DNA of 64,000 nucleotides from Clostridia bacterium (GTDB lineage: Bacteria; Bacillota; Clostridia; Christensenellales; Aristaeellaceae): contig JAFSKN010000028.1 of NCBI GenBank assembly GCA_017448975.1, forward strand, positions 2,035-66,034, written 5' to 3'. The position numbers and the translations under genes were made by a program. Within the stretch, counting starts at the first letter, position 1. The number at the start of each line of letters is the position of its first letter. Of this stretch, positions 31,974 through 38,944 are shown in pieces. The notes beneath the pieces are model-generated. The model ran no database searches. It was given only the letters and a program-made list of their open reading frames with translations, and was not told where the DNA came from.

Positions 31974-32008
31974 GGGAAGCCTTATGAAATAAGGCTTCCC
32001 GATTTTTT
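31974..32008 (+). terminator. rho-independent terminator after tRNA-Pro
   Basis: GGGAAGCCTTA/TAAGGCTTCCC stem followed by TTTTTT. Confidence 0.75.
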
Positions 32009-32032
32009 ATGCCCCAACGATGCCCCAACGCG

Positions 32033-33169
32033 TTACAAAGACTGTATGAAAGACTCCATTTTTGAGGCACTGTCTTTCTGCATAGTCATAGTAACTGTTG
32101 CATAAACATCCATCGTGAATGCCACCGTTGCATGGCCGAGATTATTGGAAATCGTTTTGTAATCTACACCGTTTTGGATTGCCAAAGTAGCATAAGTATG
32201 CCGGAGATCATGCAGACGCACTTCCGGTAACCCCATCTTTTTCACAATGGATTTAAACCTGTTGAATACTGTTCGAGTTGCCAGATGGTGGCCGAACTCG
32301 TTTGTAAAGACAAAGTTTTCCTCATTGTGGTAGAGCGTTCCGTAATAGAGTTTCCACTCGGCTTGCTTAAGCTTCATCTTTTTCAGGGCTTTAACAACGC
32401 TGGGTGGTATAGAGAACGAGCGTTCCTGCTTATTCTTCAGCGTAGTGAAGGTGTAGGTTTTACTTTTACCGCGAAGCGCTTTGAACTGCCGATACAGATG
32501 GATCGTGCCTTTGTCTAAGTCCACACAGTCCCAAGTCAAGCCGATGAGTTCGGATTCCCTCATGCCGGTAAAGATCGCCACATAGTAGAATTCCTCAAAA
32601 GGATGCCCGTTGATGAGCCGAAGAAACTCAGGCACTTCGTTGTCCAGCAACGGGCGCATTTCCTTTTTCGGCGTCTCATACATAGGAATCTCCGCATCAG
32701 CACAGGGATTCTTTTTGACAAGGCCGTCTTTTTGCGCCCTGGTTATCGCCTTATTCAGAACAAGGTAGATATTCTTCAAAGACTTTTCGGACAATCCCTT
32801 TACATCTTTACAGCGCTTGAGGAAGCGCTGCACAGTAAGCAGCTTCAAGTCCTGGATTTGAATTTGTCCCAAATCAGGTTTGATGTGTACCCGGATATCC
32901 TGCATATATCGCTCAAGTGTGGAGCTTTTTACGCCTGATGTATAGCATTCTGCCCAGGTATCCATCCACTCACCCACGGTGATGTTGTTTTCATCCACCA
33001 AAGTCCCATTGGAATAGTCATTCTGTAATTCAGCTACTTTTTGCCGCACTTCACTTTTTGTTTTTCCATATACATTGAAACGCTTTTCATCAAGAACGAT
33101 ACGGCCTTCCCAGGAATTTGAAGTACGCTTTCTGAAGCTGCCCTCACCGTTTGCTCTTTTTGTTCCCAT
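32033..33169 (-). CDS. int: tyrosine-type site-specific integrase
   Basis: Start MGTKRANGEGS after GGAGG. C-terminal catalytic residues (..RLHDLRHTYAT.., LGHATVAFTMDVY). No TAG codons. GC lower than the flanks. Confidence 0.9.
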   Translation of the reverse strand: MGTKRANGEGSFRKRTSNSWEGRIVLDEKRFNVYGKTKSEVRQKVAELQNDYSNGTLVDENNITVGEWMDTWAECYTSGVKSSTLERYMQDIRVHIKPDLGQIQIQDLKLLTVQRFLKRCKDVKGLSEKSLKNIYLVLNKAITRAQKDGLVKKNPCADAEIPMYETPKKEMRPLLDNEVPEFLRLINGHPFEEFYYVAIFTGMRESELIGLTWDCVDLDKGTIHLYRQFKALRGKSKTYTFTTLKNKQERSFSIPPSVVKALKKMKLKQAEWKLYYGTLYHNEENFVFTNEFGHHLATRTVFNRFKSIVKKMGLPEVRLHDLRHTYATLAIQNGVDYKTISNNLGHATVAFTMDVYATVTMTMQKDSASKMESFIQSL

Positions 33170-33185
33170 GATTATTTCCTCCGTC

Positions 33186-33353
33186 TTAGAGTTGGCATTG
33201 TTCTTCCAGCCATCTGTGCAGCGCCTGAACGCTGACAATCGTTCTTTTCCCCAAGCGAAAAGCCGGGTAAAAACTCTTTTGACGTGTCAGGTTATACGCA
33301 GTTGCTCTGGAAATGTTCTACTGTTTCGCCTATTCTTCGACGGTTAGGGTCAT
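33186..33353 (-). CDS. excisionase-like HTH protein (read through 2 TAG codons)
   Basis: MTLTVEE[TAG]AKQ[TAG]NISRATAYNLTRQKSFYPAFRLGKRTIVSVQALHRWLEEQCQL. TAGs at 33330-33332 and 33318-33320. Classic Xis/AlpA-type HTH directly upstream of int. Confidence 0.7.
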
Positions 33354-33554
33354 TTTTGTTTCTTCTGTCGGAGTTATTCTGCTTTCAAGGTTCACATCGG
33401 AGTTTTCTCCGACAATTCTTTTCTATTCTGCCACTTTTATCAATCTCCTTTTCGCATTTTTGTTGACCTATAGCGCCAAAAACAATGAAATTTATGTTAT
33501 GACGCTTTTCCTTTCAAGAAAAGGGAACATAACATAAAAATCATTGTCAGGTTG

Positions 33555-34088
33555 TTACAAAGTTCTTTTCAAAATTTCTCTGTCCGTTTTCTTCAGCCAA
33601 GCTACCCCCACGGCAACAGCGTCACTCTCGTCGTTGGTGGCGTAATCCTGTTTTCCCACATACTGCTCCTATGCTGCGGCGACGTCTTCTTTGGTCGCTT
33701 TTCCCGATCCGGTCAGCAGCTTTTTCACGGTGGTCGGCGCGATTTCCTCAAACTGTGTTTTGCACATGCGCCAGGCAGCCAGGTCTGCGATGCCCACCAC
33801 CTTGAAAAGAGCCTGAGTTTCGTGCGGGAATCGGGAAAAGCCCTTTTCCCGTACGAACACCGCAACATCCGCGGAAAGTTCCGTGATCAGATCATAGATA
33901 GCCGCCAGAATTTCCCCGTGACAGAAATTCTGCCCGCGATGGTTCAGGTGACAGAGCCTTTCCACGGTGATTTTGCCGTTCTCATACCGCAAGACGGCAA
34001 AACCGGGACACCGCAAGGAGAGATCGGCGCAGAGGATGCGGAGAGAGTCTCCTTTTTTCAGCTCCTTATTGCTCATACGCCGTTTCAT
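33555..34088 (-). CDS. RuvC-like Holliday junction resolvase (1 in-frame TAG)
   Basis: ILCADLSLRCPGFAVL (catalytic Asp) .. VAAA[TAG 33669-33671]EQYVGKQDYATNDESDAVAVGVAWL. The start may instead be 34076. Confidence 0.7.
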
Positions 34089-34386
34089 AGGCGAACATGC
34101 CCCGCAGGATGGCGTGCGCCAGATGATCGTCTGTCTGATCTCCGGCCAAATAAGCGTACAGGTGCTGGATGGCGTGGTTTACATGCTCCTCGGTCGGGAT
34201 TTTCTTGTAGTTCCGATCCTGGAGAGACTCGTGATACTTTTCCGCGCCGTATTTGGCCGTTTCCGCCGCGGCAAACATGGCGTTGGGCGGCAGGAAGTGA
34301 AAGGCGTATGGCGTGGCAGACTGTGCGCCGCCTCTTTCGTTGACCACGGTGGGCGCGTCGGGCTGAACGCCGGTGATGATGGGCAT
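34066..34386 (-). CDS. dATP/dGTP pyrophosphohydrolase-domain (MazG-like) protein
   Basis: FLPPNAM..AKYGAEKY..HLYAYLAGD..DHLAHA pattern recalled from the phage dNTP pyrophosphohydrolase family. No TAG. Confidence 0.55.
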   Translation of the reverse strand: MPIITGVQPDAPTVVNERGGAQSATPYAFHFLPPNAMFAAAETAKYGAEKYHESLQDRNYKKIPTEEHVNHAIQHLYAYLAGDQTDDHLAHAILRGMFAYETAYEQ

Positions 34387-35042
34387 TATTCCGCCGCCTC
34401 CCCTCTCAGCAGGCTGTCAAAGCAAATCGCGCTCCAGGATTCCATGTGACCAGCTTTTCTGGCTTCCTGTAACTGCTTCACCGTGAACCAGTCGCCCATC
34501 AGCTTGTCTTTTTCCAGACAGGAAATATCCTCCCGATCAGTAGAAGTATGATAGATGAGGCCCAGATGAACGTGGTCAACCTCCGTCAGGGTGCTGGACA
34601 GAAAGCCGCACAGGGCAGCATCCGTGATTTCGTCCCGATGGAGTCCCACTTCTTCTTCCAGTTCCCGGTAAAGGGTGTCCAGAACGCTTTCTCCCTCGTC
34701 CATGTGTCCGCCCAGACCGATGCTGTTCTGGCCCAGCAGACGCTCATCCCCACCGATCCGGGTAGTCATGTAGATGCGGCCTGTAGGACGGTGCTCCACG
34801 ATCACATAGGGAATGACCTGCTTGAATTCCGGGTCAGATTCCGCTTTCCAGCGCGGCATAGCGGTCAAATGCTGTTCAATCACTTCCTGAAGCGCACAGT
34901 ACTCGTTTCCATCCTCGTCCGGCTCCAGGATTTTGGGATTGAAACCTTCTTCCTATAGCCCGTCCACCCATTTGGCTTCGATACCCATGATGACCGTGTC
35001 TCTGTATTTCGCTTTGTATTCGTCAGGCGTCATGTTCTTCTT
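34386..35042 (-). CDS. NUDIX hydrolase (1 in-frame TAG)
   Basis: Nudix box GLGGHMDEGESVLDTLYRELEEEVG. N-terminal extension MTPDEY..WVDGL[TAG 34953-34955]EEGFNP. Confidence 0.75.
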
Positions 35043-35511
35043 TCCTCCTCTGAAAATGCTCGGTTTCGTCGATCAGTTTTCCATGTTCTACCCGGTAAAA
35101 CCGCTGATTTGTCGTCCCGCTGTCCAGCCCGCCCAGGTTTTCATCATAGTGACCGATTTTCAGGTAATCCAGTAACGATAGGAACTGCTCAAACGACTGA
35201 ATGCTGTCGCAGCCGCTGTACAGGCAGGTTTTCTATCCAAATCCTCTGACGATTTCCAATGCCTGCCGCTATTCCGAGGGATTCTGACCTTCCCCCATGA
35301 AACACACGCAGGAGATAAGCCCTGCATACGTGCGGATCAATCCCGGCAGGGCTGGCAGCAGCAGTTCTCCCTTGTCCTCCCACAAATAGGGTGAATGGCA
35401 GCCGGAGCAGCGGAAGACGCAGTTGGAAACAGCGATCGTCAGGCTGACTTCCTTTGGCGCCTCCGCCAGCGTCACGGCGTATTCCATGTACCGCAGGGGT
35501 GTCTCAGTCAT
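35032..35511 (-). CDS. nrdG: anaerobic ribonucleotide reductase activating protein (2 in-frame TAGs)
   Basis: Radical-SAM-like Cys cluster (CVFRCSGCHSP), ..GEGQNPSE[TAG 35269-35271]RQALEIVRGFG[TAG 35233-35235]KTCLYSG..LDYLKIGHY..TNQRFY. Confidence 0.8.
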
Positions 35512-35749
35512 CCGGCCCCTCATAGCGGATATAACAGCCATCGCAAATGCGCTGCCCGTCCAGCGTGATGATGTGGCTGCCGGTGATCCAGCCGCCGCAG
35601 ATGGAGCAGGGATAAGCGTTGCGCAGGCTCACCCCGCCGCAGTAGGGACACATGCTGATTTTTTCGTAGGGCGGCGTGTCCAGCCCATGCTTTTCTTCCG
35701 CCTCTTGGGGCTGTTCAAATGTCCGCCCGCATTCCGTACAGATCAGCAT
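35504..35749 (-). CDS. zinc-ribbon protein, unknown function
   Basis: Four CxxC-type pairs (CTECG, CPYCG, CSICG, CDGC). Start MLICTEC 9 nt after GGAGGA. No TAG. Confidence 0.5.
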   Translation of the reverse strand: MLICTECGRTFEQPQEAEEKHGLDTPPYEKISMCPYCGGVSLRNAYPCSICGGWITGSHIITLDGQRICDGCYIRYEGPDD

Positions 35750-35940
35750 ACGGTCACATCCTCCGGCTATTCGATGTACTGCCCGCAGTCGCAGCCCTTC
35801 CCCTCCCGGAACGTCTGGCAGGGACATTTGTTTTCCGGGATGTGGCGCGGCTTGTTGGGACAGTAGCCGTTGTTCTGCCGGATGCGGCGTTTCAGATTCT
35901 TCAGAAACACCGTATCGGGATTCTTAATCACCCTGCCCAT
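35743..35940 (-). CDS. small Cys-rich protein, ferredoxin-thioredoxin-reductase-catalytic-like (tentative); TAG 8 codons before TGA
   Basis: YCPNKPRHIPENKCPCQTFREGKGCDC has CPC-x8-CxC spacing, as recalled for the FTR catalytic subunit. TAG at 35767-35769. Overlaps the nrdD 3' end. Confidence 0.4.
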
Positions 35941-37801
35941 GACTTGCCTCCAGACCCTTTGCGTAGTACCGCTGGTGTTCTTCCTCCTGCCGTGCCTCCG
36001 CGAACCGGGATACCAGCTTCAGATAGCCAATGACCCGCGTGGCGTAATCCAGGCTTCGGCTGTGACACTTGGGGCACTCGTCCAGGCGGTGCTTGCTGAT
36101 GTAGCCGCACTTTTTACAGAGGGTGTTGGGGATGTTGAAGGTCAGGTAATTGCAGCCGGTTCGGATGGCGGCCTTCAGCAGCAGGGCGTACTGTTCATTG
36201 GTCAGATGCTCGTCCAGGTTGATATGGCAGGCGGAACCGCCGTCCAGATATTTGGTAAATGCGCGGCCGTGCAGCTTTAATTTGTCCAGCACATTCACCT
36301 TGGGATCTTCTACCCGGAAGAAATAGCTGTTGTAGCAGTCCCGGAGCACGAACAGCTTGTCCGCCTTATCCCAGGCGGCATTTTTGACGCCCAAGGATTC
36401 CGCAGGTACGAGTTCGGTATTGAACAGGATGCCATCCTTCCGTGCCTTGCGGTTAGCCTCGTAGATCGGCTGCAATACCGCTTCGGCATAAGCGATATAC
36501 TGGGGACTGTCCGCGTCGATCTCGATGCCCAGGGCTTCCGCGCCTTCCAGGAAACCGTTGACGCCCACGGTCAGATACTGCTTCTCCGGGGAAACGAAGC
36601 CCGCGTCATAGACCGGCAGCAGGCCGGCGGCCTGACGCTCCTTCAGGATGGCGTTGAAGGCCAGCAGGTACTTGTGAACCTTCTCCACCATCTGCGTCAT
36701 GTCGTCCCGGACGTCCTGCAAGCTATTGTCCCAGACGGCGTTCTGCACCAAACGATTGACATTGATGGTCATGACGCACTTGCTGCCCGTGGCAACGCCG
36801 CCAGCGCCTAATGTGTAAGAAAAGGTATTGTCCGGCAGTTCATTTTTCTACCGACAGCACGATGCCAGCGAATCCACCGAATCGGAGCGGTACACGAAGA
36901 AGCTGTGTCCTTCCGCCCACATTTCCGCCACGAAGTCAGCCCATTCCTGATCCACGAAATCCTCGCCGTTGTCCAGCAGGTTCACCGTTTCCACCGGGAA
37001 GGTCAGCAGCTTGCGCTTCCGTTCCTGATTGAACCAGCGCATGAACCGCTTTTGAAGCCAGGACACCGATTCCCAGTGCATCTTGGTGCCATCCGGAAAG
37101 AAAAAACTCTCAAACATCCCATAGAAGTACGGCTGGTCAAAATAGGCGATATTCCAGAAGCAGGACTGATTTCCGCGGGCGGCAGCAGGCTGATTGATGG
37201 AATATACCACCTGCTCAAAGGCGTCGGTGATCACCTTATCCATGGTGCGGTGGCGAGTGGATAAATCTACGACCTCATCAGGGCGTTGGTAATAATCGTC
37301 ACCGTACTCCTTGCGGATGAAATAATCCATGTAGCTGAGGAACTCCGGTGTGGAAATGGCCCCGCAGAACTGGCTGGCCAGGGCGAATACCAGGTTGATG
37401 AACGCGCCGCAGAAGGAGGAAAGGTTCTTGGGCGCTTCGCTGGTGCCGCCGATACAGGTATTGCCATAGAACAGAAAGGGATACAGGGTCACGCTGGCAC
37501 AGTAGGGCTTGCCTAAAATACCTACTTCGTCGTGCCGATACAGTTCATGCTCCTCCAGCTGCCGCAGGTATTCCTCGGCGGTGTTGGTACCGTACATCTC
37601 CTGGAGCTTCCGGTACATTCCCAGGCGGTTGATGGCGACGGCGTCCGCCTTGTAGATTTCCGTTTCCAGGGTGGCGATGTTCTTGTTTTCCACGTTGGCA
37701 TTGGGATCGACCTCGCTGCCGGTGGCGGCATTGGATGCCTTTCCATAGCGGTCAATGAAGCTCTAATGCCGGCTGTGATCGGTATATTTGTCAATTCTCA
37801 T
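35924..37801 (-). CDS. nrdD: anaerobic ribonucleoside-triphosphate reductase (2 in-frame TAGs)
   Basis: 625 codons once ORFs 36848-37693 and 35924-36772 are joined: ..SLASCCR[TAG 36848-36850]KNELPDNTFSYTLGAGGVATGS.. Glycyl-radical C-terminus ATRVIGYL. N-terminal TAG at 37763-37765. Confidence 0.9.
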
Positions 37802-38432
37802 TTTGCCCATCCTTTCTGCTGTCCTCGATGGAAATGCCATCGAAAATAATCGGTATTCTTTCTTTGGCCTGCTCCAGCAGCAGCGCCATCTACGCCCGCA
37901 TTTCCGGGTAAGCCGCCGGATCGGTGCGGAGCGTGAAGATGTGCAGCCACTCCCGCAGGTTGGCCTTCATGATGATTCTTGTTGCGGTGGAATTGGGCTA
38001 CACCTTCCGGGCGTCCTCCGGCTTAATGCCGTGAGCCAGCATATCGTGATAAACCTTTTCCGCGTCCTCCATGCACTTCCGCCAAAGCCCGGAAGCCCAG
38101 GAGCCTTCCCGATAGAACAGGGGCCGCACAAAGGAAATCTCCCCGCTCATGTTCACATACCGCTGGCTTTCGATGCAGAAGCTGGCCAGCCTGTGCCGGG
38201 TAAGCTCCGCCATCACATCCCGGGACGTGATCTATTCCACCGTCATGCCTGCAAACTCCACAGGCGATAGATGGCCCCGTTTCAACAATGCTTCTACAAA
38301 ACGCGGCGCGCTGTCCTCGGTGATTTTGGCTTCCGAACGGTAACAGTTTCGGCCTGCCTGCTCAATCTGGCGCAGCGCCTGCATTCCGTCCTCCGGGGTG
38401 AGGATACGGGCAGATTGCTGAATGATCTTCAT
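37791..38432 (-). CDS. thyX: FAD-dependent thymidylate synthase ThyX (3 in-frame TAGs)
   Basis: RHRLASFCIESQRY ThyX motif. TAGs at 38232-38234, 37998-38000 (ARKV[TAG]PNSTAT) and 37890-37892. Confidence 0.85.
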
Positions 38433-38785
38433 TCCGCTTCCTCCGTTTCCGACGCTTCTTCTGCTTCAGTGCTCATGCTGGCCTCCTCATCCTATTTCGC
38501 TTCTGCCTCTGCTTCCGCTTCGGATGGCATATCGCCATTCAGCCGCGACATCATGGTGCGGTAGGTCAGCCCGCAGCCGATCACCGTGCCGCCGTCCAGC
38601 ACCAGCACGCTTTTCGTGGCCCGGCCAAAGGTCATATCTACAAACTGGCAGGGCTTGGCTTCCTTAGCCGCCCGGATCTATCGCCGGGCGCTGGCGGTCT
38701 GTGGATTGAGTACCATGGAAACCCGGTTGGCGCAGACCACATGGCCAAAGCCGGCATGGATAAACCGTAATGGGATCGTGTTCAT
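38429..38785 (-). CDS. RemA/DUF370-like protein with acidic tail (2 in-frame TAGs)
   Basis: IHAGFGHVVCANRVSMVLNPQTASARR[TAG 38678-38680]IRAAKEAKPCQFVDMTFGRATKSVLVLDGG matches the RemA pattern recalled from Bacillus. Second TAG at 38492-38494, before the Glu/Ala tail. Confidence 0.6.
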
Positions 38786-38823
38786 TTCTTGCCTCCTTCA
38801 TATTTTTCGCGCGGGAAGCGCGT

Positions 38824-38908
38824 TGGTAGGAGCAGCGGGATTTGAACCCGCACGCCGTAAGGCAAAGGTTTTAGAGACCTCCGCGTCTGCCAGTTCCGCC
38901 ATGCTCCC
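38824..38908 (-). tRNA. amber suppressor tRNA, anticodon CUA, on a tRNA-Leu (type II) scaffold
   Basis: Hand-folded, 85 nt. Acceptor GGGAGCA/TGCTCCT, D-arm TGGCGGAACTGGCAGACGC, anticodon arm GAGGT-CTCTAAA-ACCTT, long variable arm TGCCTTACGGCGT, T-arm GCGGG-TTCAAAT-CCCGC, discriminator A73, encoded CCA. Confidence 0.9.
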
Positions 38909-38944
38909 CCGGTTCAGCCAGAGATGGACCCTGGCTGACGCGGA

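Noticed and set aside
33494-33535. Inverted repeat ATGTTATG..CATAACAT between ruvC and xis as a rho-independent terminator.
   Set aside because: No U-tract follows the stem on either strand. It may be a protein-binding site, but I cannot support a terminator call.
38824-38908. TAG decoded as pyrrolysine or glutamine (code 15-like), or the suppressor derived from tRNA-Tyr or tRNA-Ser.
   Set aside because: tRNA-Pyl has a tiny D-loop and a 3-nt variable loop, and no pyl genes are present. tRNA-Gln is type I, without a long variable arm. The D-arm and variable arm match tRNA-Leu rather than tRNA-Tyr or tRNA-Ser, and the discriminator is A73 where Ser has G73. Glutamine also fits the hydrophobic motif positions poorly. 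Only an alignment or MS test would settle this.
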